Of a stretch of 64,000 nt of DNA, positions 12,876 to 26,500 are shown piece by piece (the stretch's first letter is position 1; the number at the start of each line of letters is the position of its first letter). The stretch is from Podarcis muralis. Its lineage: Eukaryota. The stretch covers positions 8,804,001 to 8,868,000 of the forward strand of contig NC_135667.1 in the NCBI RefSeq assembly GCF_964188315.1, in the 5' to 3' direction. The notes under the pieces are model-generated. The model did no database searches and was not told the DNA's origin. It saw only the letters and a list, made by a program, of their open reading frames with translations. Position numbers and translations under genes: made by a program.

Positions 12876-15014
12876 GGTGCTTCTCCTCCTTCCACCATAT
12901 ACCCACAAGTCTCTGGGTGGTTCACAGAATGAAATTTAGTGTGGCTGCACATAAAACTCTCTGGCTCCATCACAGTGTTTGTTTCAGTGCCTACTAGAAA
13001 CAGTTTAGATATGCTGATGTGAATTTCAATCAGTTAGAATATTTTAATTTTCTGTATGCTTTAATGTATTGTGATCACCCGCTCCAATTTTGTGGTTTTA
13101 ATTCTTTGTAAACTGCTTTGAGGATTATATCTCCCAGATAAGGCTAGTTCTACATTAATTCTGACCAATTTTAGCCCCAACACCAATACATTAGTTTCTT
13201 TGACACACAGGGCAGCAGATGTGGCCTCCAAGGATTGCATCTTCAGTTGCTGCAGCCATGGTGGCAACAACAGGTGCAGTATGTTCCTTGGAGGCTGGCC
13301 TGCTGTCTTTCAGATAGCAGCAGCAGCAGCACCCCCTCCATGCTCATAGGTGTCTTTCGCTATCTTTGTATGATTGTGGGTTTCAACAAGAGCTGGGAGC
13401 TGAGTGGTAGGAGAAATGGCAAGGCAGTATGAAGGAGACTAGGTGTCAGGGCAGAGCCAGGATGCTCAGAGTCCACTGACATAGCTGAGCATGGGCACTT
13501 AGAGACAGGAGCAGAAGAGCAATCATGTATGCAGAAGGGGAGAGAGAAGAGCCTAGTGGGGCAGCGTCAACACCAACAGGACCTGAGAACCAGGAAGAGG
13601 TGGGGAGTGAACAGGCTGACTTACAGGCACCACAAGGGTTAACCTCAGAATCGGATGAGGGCAGGAGATTTAAGACAGCTCGCGCAAGACGTGAGGACAA
13701 AAGAAAGGGTCAGAGGCGGGGCTCAAGATTCCCGCACTTTAGGTGCTGGAGGAGGAAGCAGAAGCCGTTAGCTGTATCTGAAGTGAGTGATTCAGATTGA
13801 TGGATTAATCATTATGCCTTCTGTATATAGTTGTAAATAAAGACTATAAAACCGTCAATGGTCTGCCGTGGTTCCTGGTGAAGAGAGCAACTTCCAGCCC
13901 CGACAGGGAATATGTTACATATGTGTGTGGCAATGCAATTCCTCTGTCATGACAAGATCAAACATAATGAATGTGATTAGGAGGACAATACTGTTCTTAG
14001 CCAAGTGTTCAAGGGGCCCTAGCTATGTCTCTGGTCATACTGTCTCTACAGTGGCAAATAGTAGGTGCTACTGGTCTCCTATCACCTGTGTTCCTGATGT
14101 AGATCTTCACTCACTCCTTCTTCCCTGATTGGAGAAAAGTGAGCACATAGAATGGTACAATTTACTTCTTGGAGCAACCCCTCAAAGAGATTGTGTGGCA
14201 TCTGTGAGAGTAAAGTGTTCTATAAAAGAGGAACAGGGACCTAATGAAGAAGACATGCTCAAGATCCCACAAACCCTAGAGATGTGCAGGTTGACATTAC
14301 TTGCAAGTGATTTAACAATTGCTGCATCTCAAGGCAGACCTCGAAGACTGCTTTGGATTAAAGTAACATTCACTACTCCCCTAGTCAGTTCTGTGACTAG
14401 CTATTTTAATACTTTATAGCAAAGCAGAGTATTGACTACCATCCTGTAGAGCAAACTGAAGCTGAATATTGTGATTCATTTCAATTAGTGCTGCTTTATT
14501 TTTCCAAGTTGTCTAGACAAGGGCTGGCTAACCTCTGCCCTTTGGAGGTTATTGGACTCTGACTCCAAAATTAGGAAGAGCAAAGCCAGAACTTTCTCTT
14601 AAAACAAAAGAAAACATGTTTGTTTCCATAATTGCTACTCAAGGTCTCTAAAGAAGGAATTCTTTCTCTACAATTATTCTTGCCACACTGCATATATATA
14701 TAAATATATACACACAGAGAGAGAGACAAATCTCCAGAGGCTTTTCAGATAATAGGAAAAACAATAACTTGGCAAGCCTGAAAGTGGATATTAGTAGGCT
14801 TCTGGTGGACAAAAACCGGGAGTAGGGCACTGTCACTTTCATCTCTAACAAATCCCCTTTCATTCTTTCACTAGGCAGATAATTCCTAGAATACTGCTAA
14901 TCTCACCCAGTATTTAAGACATGCATTTTTGTAGATGTGGTGATTCAGAAGCCAATGATGGATTTTCCCCTGTGAAATAGATTATTGGCAGAGGCAAGAG
15001 AGAAGCTTAACACG

Positions 15015-18000
15015 ATGCTGGATCTAGTGAAGGTGCTTCTCCTCCTTCCAATTGCATGTGGAGTAGGTAACCGTAAGTGCCCCACTAACGTTCCTATACC
15101 TGTAGAACATGAATGGTATCAAGGAGGTGACCTCCTCATTTGTGGGATGACTTCTCATATCATTTACCATTTTAGTGAAGTATCCTTCCGAAGACATCCT
15201 TCTCAGGAGTTATATGAATTTCCAAAGTAAGGACCTTTCTCTCTCCCCCCCCCCCTTCCTCCTCCCTATAACATTGTCCTGGTCATATCACCAACACAAA
15301 CAACAGTTTCATTAAGTGACAAAAATTTCATATTGTAGGCCACACTGTGATCCTTAGATGAAGGGCAGTATAGCAATGATAATAATGATAATGATGGTGA
15401 TGTTCAAGGAAAGGCACACTGGGATTGCCCCCATCCAGGAACACAATTGTGCTTCTCTAGCACCTTTTGGGATCTTGTGCATTCTACAGTGTTTAGAGAA
15501 AAAAATTGACTCTGGCATCCTCTTTTGACATTTCTTCCTAATTTGTCCCTCAGATTCCAAATCCAACAGATTTTGCCCCATTGGTTATGGGATAGATTTG
15601 ATGGGAACTGGAATACACCAATATCCAAGATCTCAGTATATTGATGTATGATTTGAAGACGGTTGTTTAATAGGTTGTAGACATCAGTAACAAATTAAAT
15701 AAGATCCATTGAATATAAATCTGTCACTGCCAGAAAGGAGCCCTTTTGTGGGATGTCAGGCACAGTGACATTATCTTGTGATACACTAAATTCTTCTGTT
15801 TGCAGTTTTGTGACAAAGTTCCACCAGCATGTCCTTGCCTTGGTGTTTGCAGTGAATGAGATCAATGAGAATCCAAATATCTTGCCCAATGTAACATTTG
15901 GGTTCCACATCTATGACAGCTACTATGATGCTAGGATGACCTATCGTACCACCCTGGACATGCTCTTCAAATCTCATAGATTTAACCCGAACTACAAGTG
16001 TGGCATCTGTAACAGCCTCATCACTGTCATTGGGGGACTTAGCTCTGATACTTCCTTCCATATTGCAGATATCTTAAGACCCTACAAGATTCCACAGGTA
16101 GGATCTCTGCATATGAGACATGGGGATGTGCAGAAACAAATCTCTTACCATGTTTGCTTTTGCATTTATGGTTCAGAAGCAGAAAGAGGTCTGAATGGCA
16201 TTCTTGAAATTTTATTAATCTGCTCTAGGACCTTTTTTGGTATTGATGTGAAGCTCACTGTTGGTAGTTACCTGGGTGTTGTTTTTTTGTCGGTCTTTTT
16301 GAATATGGGGAAGACATTTGCTCCTTGTAAATCAGTACATTTAAAGTAGCTAGGTGTTCCCTTACCACCTCTTTTCCTCTCTTGGACTCCCTGACATCAT
16401 TGATTCTGTTATCACCAGGTTCGGAACTAGTTTTCTTTTGGGTGAAGACAGACTCAAAATAGGTGTTGTCACCCAATAGCATTTCTCCGTCTTCTCCATG
16501 CAATGCACCTTCCACTTACTTGTGCTCCCTCTTCCTTCCAACATAGCCAAAGAAACTTTTTGAAATTAATTTTAACTCTTGTGCAAGCCTGAGCTCATTC
16601 GGAGCTTTAGGCAGCCTGACTTTCCCTCTGCAACTCTTGGCTACTCTTGTATACTTCTCCTTTGTAATTTCCCCTTTCTCCCATTTTTTTTACATGCCCT
16701 TCTTAAATCTCAGGTAATCTGTAAACCATACCAGTTTCGTTTTAGTTATTGTAATCTGCCCTGGGATTGAAAGTATAAGGGAGGGTCTTCTTCTTTGGCG
16801 ATCACTCATAGCTCAGTAAGATTGTCTTCCATGAACACAGTTGAGTCCGTAAGTGACTCTGGAGGCTTATTCTGGATCCACACATCCTTCCACAGTGGAA
16901 ATATTAGTTTCTGGGTGGGAGGTGATCATGATGAGGGTTTGCCAAATGTGCCTTCCTCTTAGCATGTTTCTTTCTTTCGTCCCGGGTTTGAATGTCTTCA
17001 GTGTTCATGATACCTCTGTCAAGGCTGTTCTCCAGTTGGAGCACTTGCAGGCCACTGTTTTCCAATTGTCTGTGTTTATACTACATTTATCTGATATTCG
17101 TTGAGAGAGTCTTTAATCCACTTTTGTTGACCACCAGCAATATACTTTCCATTTTTAAGTTTGGAGTAGTGTTGTTTCTTTGTAAGACAATAATCAGGCA
17201 TCCGAACATGATCAGTCCAACTAAGTTGGGAGGGTAATACATTTTAATCCCTACCTTATTACTGGTATGCTGTTGCGCCCCACTCATATCCCCCCTAGGA
17301 AGGAGAATAGATAGACATAACCTTCTTTTAAATACATTTCTGAAAACCATACACGTCTCTAGATATTTCAAAAAAGCATGGCCCTATCTGTATATTAGCA
17401 GCTAAAACTTTTGGAAGAGGTTTCAATTTCTTTACCTTTCACACAGTTGACATTGTCCTTCAGGAAATATTTCTACCATGAACAGCCACATATATGGAGA
17501 CCATCTACCAAGCAGATGCCTCATAATACAATTTGTTTTTAATAGATCACGTATGGCTCGTTTGCACCAGGAAAGACTGAAACAAAACAATCCAATTCCT
17601 TTTACCACCTGGTGCCAAATGAAGACCATCAATATATGGGAATTATTCAGTTACTTCTACATTTTGGATGGACATGGGTTGGGATCTTTGCTGAAGATGA
17701 TGATGGTGGAGAACATTTCTTGTCAACCCTGGAACCATTCCTTTCCAAGAACAGAATCTGTTCAGCCTTTACAAAAAGAATCCCCAAACAAGCACATACG
17801 GTTTCCATGGATGAAGTTCATGATGTATTTTCAAATATTTATCCAGCTTTGATGGAGAATAAACCTAGCATACTTATCCTGTATGGAGGTTCATTGACCA
17901 TCATGTTGTTACTGACTATTACTTGTCTCCCACATACTGAATACAAGGAAAATGCATCAGTTACAAAGGTGTGGATTATGACAGCACAGATTGATATCAT

Positions 18001-21000
18001 ATTAACAGGTCTTCAGAGGTTCTTTGATATACAGCTCTTCCAAGGAGCTATCTCCTTTAGCATTCACACAAAAGAGTTGCTAGGCTTCCAGGAATTTCTT
18101 CAGACCATAAAGCCCTACAGCACCAGTGCAGATGGTTTTCTCAAGGATTTCTGGGAGCAAGCATTTGTCTGTTCATTTCCAAATCCCCAAGAGCTGGTGG
18201 ATGAAGATGAACTTTGTACTGGGGAAGAGAGGTTAGACAGCCTGCCTGATCCAGTTTTTGAAATGAGCATGACTGGCCATAGCTATAGTATTTACAATGC
18301 TGCCTATGCTGTGGCTCATGCCTTACATGCCATCTCATCAAGATGCCACCACAGAAGAATGACTGATGGGGGAAAACATAGACTCCATGATCTCCAGCCT
18401 TGGCAGGTAAGGCATTCAGAATTAAAAACTTTTTTAAAAAACTGTGTAAACTGATTTTTAGAAATCATCAGAGACTATCCAACCTTTTCCTGCTCTGAAT
18501 AATTGGCGAAATTTGTTTATACAATTGCACATGAGTTCATATTATTTCTGAAATTGGGTGGTTGTAATGGGAAATCAGTTTTTTCTTCTATGACTATGAA
18601 TATTCCTTCCACTACCATGTATCACATCTGGTTGGGTCTTCACTATAGAGAAAACATAAAAGAAAGGATAGGGATGTACAAATAATCAGCATTTCATGTC
18701 CAAAGAGTCATGTTAGCCCTTGTTTCTTTTCCACTTTCAAACAGCTGCAACAATTTCTGCAAGGAATTTCGTTCAATAACTCAGCTGGAGAAACAATATC
18801 ATTTAATGCTAAAGGGGAAATGGGAGGTGGATTTGATATCAACAACATGGTCATCTTCCCAAACAGATCCTTCCAGAGAGTGAAAGTTGGAAGTGTGAGT
18901 GAAGGAAAAGGATTCATCATTCATAAGGCCATGATTATATGGCCAAGAGGTTTTAACCAGGTACAGATTGAGTTTCCCCCTATTCTTGACTGGATTATCA
19001 GTTCTAAAACACCACTTTTTGTGCAACCTTATGCATCCAACTCTGTAATGAAGTCAGGAAACTAAACAGAAGTGTATGATTAAATAAAAAATATTTATCT
19101 TCCAACCAACATTTGAAAATCTACAGTATCTGTTTTCTTATTGATGAATAGGGGATCCCCATTTCGGTCTGCAGTGACTCCTGCCAATCTGGGTATCGGA
19201 AACAAAAGAAGGAGGGGAAGAAATTTTGCTGTTATGGCTGTGCTTTATGCCCTGATGGGAAGTTTTCAGACCAAAAGGGTAGGTGATACAACTGTTCTCC
19301 TGATAAAGCATCCAACTAAATGCCCTCAGGATCCTTACCCATCACCCTGGTGTGTTTGTGTATCTGAATCTGGTTCAGCATGTTGTAAACACTTTCTTGC
19401 AGGATGGGGTCTTTCATTGTCTCTTGAGACAGACAAATGCCAACAACCAATTTTTCAATTGATTTTATTTTAATGAATTCCCATAATATTGTGTGAAATA
19501 TATATTTTATTTATTGGTGTTGTAAGTCAGAATCCTTGTTTCCATTACTTTATATATGATTTTGCTATTAAATTTTGATGTAAGACCAATGTGTTTCCTA
19601 ATTCCTTTCACGATCTCATCCCCCCCCCCACACACAAACAAAAATGAATTGCATTTCAACTCAAGAAGAAAGTAGTTCATTAACCTCCTAATTTTTCCCT
19701 TATAACAGCAAAAAATATAGGAAGCTGTTTTATGGCGAGTGAGAAAATTTATCCATCTAGTTCAGTATTGTCTACCCTCAGATGTTCTAAACTGGCTTTA
19801 GAACTAAGAAAGAACATCCTGCCAAAACATTTAAGTGTAAAAAAACTCCCATTACTTTTTCTTTTTTTTTAATCCTCTTTGGGATTTAGGAAAATCACTT
19901 CCACTCATGTCAACTCAAGTGTACACAAATTGACACATCATCATTATTCTCATTGTGGTGAGTGGTGAATTCACACAAACACCTCCACACTGGAACTACA
20001 AAACAGAAATCATGCAAAGTATCATTTATTATTTGGGAGGAAGTGAGGAAATTCTTCATAAATCACACATGGATTGACACTGAAATGAGATTCCTTTCTG
20101 TTTTTCAGATATGGATGACTGTCTCCAGTGCCCAGAAGATCAATATCCAAGCAAGGACAAAGATCAATGTTTTCCAAAGCATCTAACCTTTCTATCTTTC
20201 AAAGAGCCTTTAGGGATCAGTTTAGCTTCTTTTGCTCTTTTCTTTTCCTTTATCACAGCTTTGGTTCTAGGAACTTTTATTAAACACAAAGACACCCCCA
20301 TTGTCAAAGCCAACAACCGGGACATCAGCTACATTCTGCTTGTCTCTCTCCTCCTCTGCTTCCTCTGTTCTTTGCCATTCCTTGGACAACCCAATAATGT
20401 GACCTGCATTCTCCGGCAACCAGCTTTTGGCATCATCTTCTCTGTGGTTATTTCTTGTGTGATGGCTAAAACCATCACTGTTGTGGTCGCTTTCATGGCC
20501 ACCAAACCAGGATCCAGCTTGAGGAAGTGGGTGGGGAAAAGTCTGGCCAACTCCATTATCTTTTCTTGCACCCTCATTCAATCAGGAATTTGTGTGGTGT
20601 GGTTGGCAACCTTTCCCCCATTCTCAGATCTGGACATGCACTCTCAGAGCAAAGAGATCATTGCATTATGCAATGAAGGATCTGTCTTCATGTTTTATTT
20701 AGTTCTGGGCTACATGGGATTTCTGGCCATCATCAGCTTCACGGTGGCTTTCTTTGCCAGAAAGCTGCCAGACACTTTTAATGAAGCCAAGTTCATTACT
20801 TTCAGTATGTTGTTGTTTTGCAGTGTTTGGCTGACTTTTGTTCCAACCTACCTGAGCACCAAAGGGAAATACATGGTGGCTGTGGAGATCTTCTCCATCT
20901 TAGCTTCCAGTGTTGGATTACTTGGTTGTATCTTTTTCCCCAAATGCTATATTATCATTTTTAGGCCAGAGTTGAATGACAGGGATCAGTTAACAAAGAG

Positions 21001-21013
21001 AAAGAATGACTGA
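15015..21013 (+). CDS. Vomeronasal type-2 receptor gene 2, 6 exons, about 870 aa, close paralog of gene 1
   Basis: Exons 15015-15226, 15806-16097, 17546-18406, 18745-18960, 19152-19278, 20109-21013; GT-AG, same exon sizes as gene 1, no stops seen. Confidence 0.93.
16340..16560 (-). mobile_element. Decayed CR1 LINE internal fragment (shorter remnant at about 1945-2012 in gene 1)
   Basis: Minus-strand translation [11 protein letters not shown]...[12 protein letters not shown] resembles the CR1 ORF2 LNxYFxSVFT region. Confidence 0.6.
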
Positions 21014-22139
21014 ACCTAAGTATTTTATGTCATATTGGTTATTTTCTTTTCTTTTCAATGGGTCTGTTTTGACTGTAAGTAACATTGGATCCTTTATCAT
21101 AAGCTTTTATTAGCAATTCTAGAAGAATGAAAGCAACTCCGCTCTAATATTTGTGACCACTTTTGCTCTTATGTATCTAGCAAGAAACTATTACAATTAA
21201 ATGTAAAATGTTACACCTTTGTGGTCAGAGCAGAAGAGAAAGGGTGGAATAGGTATCCACAGGCAGGCAATACACTGGACTAAATGAGATAACAAGTCTC
21301 CAACCATTAGTTGCACCATCATGGATAATGCTCAGGAATTACTGAGTCATAGTCCAGCAATAACTGGAGCACCACAGTTAACAATACCCAGAGTAGATCT
21401 ACAAAGGGAGTTGGGGGAATGCTCTGAATAAGTCAGAAATTTAAGTGTTATAATAAAAGGGGGAAATGCAATCTAAAAATTGCATATATATATTTCTCTT
21501 TGTTACCACCTGGTGTTGCATGTTTATAATGCATTCAAAACTTCTTCATTTTTACTTTTGTAGCTGAGTCCCCATTCTAGATTCTCAACCCTAAATTCTT
21601 AAGCACCTAGTCTGACTAGGATGTAGTTGAGACATATGGGTAGAACTTTTTCCCCCTTAAAAACAAAACATTTTTATTCCAAAAGTGCCATTCCTTATCT
21701 CAAAAGAAGCAATTGTTTTCCTTGCAAATATCCAAAACTCAAAAATTGTTTTCACTGTTGACAAGACTCTGGAGGATTTCCAGAAGGAAGTGGTGAACAA
21801 TCCATAATCAGACCTGGAAATTGTTTCCTGGTGCAGTCAAAACTGGGAGTATGGCAAGAGGCTTATAGAGCTCTGTTAGTATCATTTTTAACAATTCCAC
21901 TTTACTCACATCAGCAGGCAGACATTAAATAAAATTATGTCAACCTCAGCTAAAATTGAAGACATGCATTTTTGTAGCTCTGCTAGTTCTAAATTAATGC
22001 TGAAATGCTCTGTGTTCAATAAAGCACTGGAAGAGACAAGCACCACAGAATGCAGTTTGTTTACTTAAAACTGGTAGTCATAGTCATCAGAAAATAGCCC
22101 TCTTCTCAGGCAAATTTAATGATTTACTGATAAGCAAGT

Positions 22140-22498
22140 GGGACGCGGGTGGCGCTGTGGGTTAAAGCCTCAGCGCCTAGGACTTGCCGATCGAAAGGTT
22201 GGCGGTTCGAATCCCCGTGGCGGGGTGCGCTCCCGTCGTTTGGTCCCAGTGCCTGCCAACCTAGCAGTTCGAAAGCACCTTCGGGTGCAAGTAGATAAAT
22301 AGGGACCGCTTACCAGCGGGAAGGTTAACGGCGTTCCGTGTGCTGCGCTGGCTCGCCAGATGCAGCTTGTCACGCTGGCCACGTGACCCGGAAGTGTCTG
22401 CGGACAGCGCTGGCTCCCGGCCTATAGAGTGAGATGAGCGCACAACCCTAGAGTCTGGCAAGACTGGCCCGTACGGGCAGGGGTACCTTTACCTTTTT
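22140..22498 (+). mobile_element. Sauria-type SINE, full length
   Basis: A box TGGCGCTGTGG, B box GGTTCGAATCC, ACCTTTACCTTT tail, 10-bp TSD ATAAGCAAGT (22130-22139, 22500-22509). Confidence 0.85.
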
Positions 22499-22542
22499 AA
22501 TAAGCAAGTATATCAAATTATTATGGCAGATGTTTTCAAGCA

Positions 22543-22759
22543 CAGTGGTACCTCAGGTTACATACACTTCAGGTTACATACGCTTCAGGTTACAGACTCC
22601 GCTAACCCAGAAATAGTGCTTCAGGTTAAGAACTTTGCTTCAGGATGAGAATAGAAATCGTGCTGCGGCGGCGCTAAAGTGATGCTTCAGGTTAAGAACA
22701 GTTTCAGGTTAAGAACGAACCTCCGGAATGAATTAAGTACTTAACCCGAGGTACCACTG
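22543..22759. mobile_element. Tc1/mariner-type (Tigger-like) MITE
   Basis: TIR CAGTGGTACCTC...GAGGTACCACTG, right TA target, left TA reads CA; internal CTTCAGGTTA repeats; family copies at 34307 and 43969. Confidence 0.8.
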
Positions 22760-22997
22760 TAGACAGTATGCTTTATTTGATGCATGAAGACATCACTAAA
22801 AAAAAGCATATATAGTATTTGTAGCATACAGTCTTCTGATGGGTTGGAGTTGTTTCTTAGCTCAAAATTCTTAACCAGAAACTGGAAGATATCATTGCAT
22901 TTCAAATCACTTGCAGCTGCAAAGTACTGCTTTGAGGTGTGCTGGTTTCAAGCATTGGAAGAATTTCTTCTGAAAGGCTAAATTTATATGTTTGCAG

Positions 22998-23190
22998 TGT
23001 AGTGATTACTATGAACAAGATCAACGAGAACTCAAAGATCTTGTCTAATATCACTCTCATGTCCCACATCTATAACAGCTATTATGAAGCTGAATGCATC
23101 TACCATACAACTCTAGACATGCTCTTCAAATCTTTTTAGGATTGACCCTCAACTATAAGTGTGACACCCAGAAAAAAACCCCTCATCATT
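22998..23190 (+). pseudogene. Orphan decayed V2R exon 2 fragment
   Basis: [42 protein letters not shown] then stop; homologous to [26 protein letters not shown]...LDMLFKS. Confidence 0.75.
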
Positions 23191-23549
23191 TAAGGTTGCC
23201 ATACGTCTGAGAAATTGCGGACATGTCCTTTTTTGGGGAGCCAACAGGCCCATCTGGGGGGGCATTTTTAACATTTTAAAGAAAATGTCCGGGATTTCGG
23301 TGTGTGTATCTATTTATTTATTAGTTTTTTGGACTCGGGCATAGGCTCAGGCGCGGGTGCAGGCGGCTCAAGCTCGGGCGGCTTTGCATGTTTTTATTGG
23401 TTCTAATTTTTATTTGTAAGCAGTCTTAAGTTCTGTCAGGGAAAAAGGTGGGTGTATAAACAAACAAAGAAGCAAACAAATAAATAATCTGACTTCTGGC
23501 TCTCTGGTGCCACCTCATGGAAATTCTCTCCCAAAATCAAGCAGTGAAG

Positions 23550-23588
23550 GGTTTTTGTATGAGATCTCATGGGATCCCTCTCACTGTG
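23550..23588 (-). other. Recombination signal sequence, 23-bp spacer, perfect consensus
   Basis: Minus strand CACAGTG (23588-23582), 23-nt spacer, ACAAAAACC (23558-23550), directly after TGT GCA GGA GA. Confidence 0.95.
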
Positions 23589-26500
23589 TCTCCTGCACAG
23601 TAATATAAGGCAGTGTCTTCTGCTTTTAAGTTGTTCATTTGAAGATAGAAGTTGGAGCCGCCCTTAGATGCTGTGAATCTCTCTCGGATGGCAGGAGAAT
23701 GATAACTCTTCCCAGAAGCTGTCCCATAATAGTGCACAAGCCATTCTAGTCTGTTCCCAGGTTTCTGTCTGACCCAATTCATCCAGGTGCTGCTAAGGTC
23801 AAACCCAGTGGTGGCACAAATCAATCTATGGGAGTCTCCAGGTTTCTTCAGTACTGGATCTGATTGAGTCAGAACTCCCTGTGAGAGGACATCTGATAGC
23901 AGGGGGGGGGGGAGAAACAAGTTAAAACAGAGAATCAACAACCTCCCAAAATCATACAAAACCCCACTTAAGTGGCAAAATGAATCAAAAGATAAAACTC
24001 AGCTATGGGAGACATGAATGGGGTGGTATCTACAAACATGGATAAGTCACAAAATCAAAACTTAACGACTGATGGAAGACTGCCTAAAACTTTCTTCGAA
24101 CTAACTGACAATATGGATTTGATTGACATATGGAGGACAAAAAACCCCTTAGGTAAAGAAGGAACTTTCTTTTCTGACGCTCATTTGTCATGGACACGAA
24201 TCGACCAGATATGGACAACTAGAGGGCTGGCACCTAAAACTAGAAAAGTGGAAATCTGCCCAAAAACCTGCTCCGACCATAACGCCTTGAAAGTGGAATT
24301 GAGACTTACTCCAACCGGTTCCTTCAGATGGAAAATGAATGACACCCTACTAAGAGATCAGGAGATTGTGAAGAAGGCCCAAAAAACTTTAAGAGACTAT
24401 TTTGAAATAAATTTGAATACCACGGTAGAAAAAAGAACAATCTGGGACGCAAGCAAAGCAGTTATGAGAGGGCTTCTGATACAACAAAATACGATCAAGA
24501 AAAGACTCTGGAATGAAAAAAAGGAGAAGATCTTGGAGAAAATAAGAGAAGGAGAGAAAAAACTGAGAACCAAACCAAAGTCGAAGGAGGTGCTGAGAGA
24601 AATTAAATTCCATCAAGCACAATATTCAAAATTGATAAATCAAGAGGTGGAATGGAAAATTAAACAAATGAAGCAAAGATCATTCGAATCAGCAAATAAA
24701 TGTGGAAAACTGCTAGCATGGCAGCTGAAAAAGAGACAAAAATTGAATACAGTTACAAACCTAGAGATTGAAGGGAGAATTGTTCAGAAACCAGAAGAAA
24801 TCAGAAAGTGTTTCCAGAGATATTTTAAAGAACTTTATGCACAGGGGCCACAGAGAGAGTTTGAAATAGATCAATTCTTAAAAACCAATGGACTATCAAA
24901 AATAACTCAGGAAAAGAGAACAATCCTGAACTGCAAAATAACGCAACAGGAAATTGAAGGTGCCATTCAGAATATGCAACTAGGCAAATCTCCAGGCCCT
25001 GATGGACTTACCTCCAAATATTATAAGACTTTGAAAGACTATCTGATACAACCTTTGATGGAGGTTTGTAACCAGATTATGGAGGGGAAGAAGGCCCCGG
25101 AGTCGTGGAAAGAAGCTTTCATCACATTGATTCCCAAAGTGGAAACTGAAAAGACCCAACTTAAAAACTACCGTCCCATCTCACTCCTAAATGTGGATTA
25201 CAAAATTTTTGCAGATATTCTGGCAAGTAGACTTAAAAAAGTACTGAATGAAGTAATCCATAAAGATCAGGCAGGCTTTCTCCCAGGAAGACATTTGTTT
25301 GATAATACCAGGAATATTATTGACATTTTGGAACTCTTGCAAACTAAAATCAATACAAGAGCAGTGTTAATTTTTATTGATGCGGAGAAAGCCTTTGACA
25401 ACATTTCTTGGATGTTCATGAAGAAAAACTTGGAAGGGATGGGAGTGGGACGGGGGTTTGAAAATGGAATAGAAGCAATCTATTCAGAGCAGAAAGCTAA
25501 ATTGATAGTGAACAATGTGGTGACAGAGGAGTTTAAAATTGAAAAAGGGACACGACAGGGGTGCCCCCTATCCCCTCTTTTATTTATTTCAGTCCTGGAG
25601 GTGCTTTTGAACATGATTAGGGAGGACCGGATGGTACAAGGAATACAGGTCGGAGTGAAACAATATAAACTGAAAGCATTTGCAGATGACTTGGTTTTAA
25701 CATTACAGGAGCCAGAATCTAGTACAAAAAGAGTTTTAGAACTGATTCAGGAATTTGGTCGGGTGGCGGGATTTAAGTTGAACAAGCAAAAAACTAAGGT
25801 TTTGGCTAAAAATTTGACATCTACAGAAACGGATGGGTTTCAGAGAGAGACAGGATTAAGTGTTGTTAAAAAAGTGAAATACCTGGGGGTTCATTTGTCT
25901 TCCAAAAATTTGAATCTATTTAAAGACAATTATGAAAAATGTTGGGTAGAAATCAAAAAAGATTTGGAAATTTGGTCAAGACTGAAACTTTCCTTGTTGG
26001 GTCGAATTGCAGCTATAAAAATGAATGTATTGCCGAAAATGTTATTTCTGTTTCAAGCCCTACAGATTGTGGACAGAGTGGAATGTTTTGGAAAGTGGCA
26101 GAAGGATATCTCCAAATTTGTCTGGCAGGGCAAAAAGCCCCGAATAAAGTTTAAAATACTAACTGACTCGAAAGAAAGAGGGGGGCTTGCCCTGCCAGAC
26201 TTGAGGTTGTATTATGAATCTGCAGCCTTCTGTTGGTTGAAGGACTGGTTTTTGTTGGAGAACACTGATGTCCTAGATCTGGAAGGGTTTGACAATGCTT
26301 TTGGTTGGCATGCATATTTGTGGTACGACAAGGTTAAAGTTCATAAATTGTTTAAAAACCATATTGTCAGAAGAGCAATATTTATGGTCTGGATGAAATA
26401 CAAAGACTTACTAGAGGGCAAGACCCCGAGGTGGCTATCACCGGTGGAGGCCAAGGCTCGAAAAAGACCCAACATGGAGGCCTACTGGCCGAAATACTGG

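Noticed and set aside
12876-12973. Unusual N-terminus of the 754-aa L1 ORF (MMEPESFMC...)
   Set aside because: Read-through from the TSD and flanking DNA; L1 homology starts at RPISLL.
23893-23959. N-terminus [22 protein letters not shown] of ORF 23567-23959 as a leader
   Set aside because: Intronic pyrimidine tract; the homologous leader exon lies beyond the L1 at 27797-27749.
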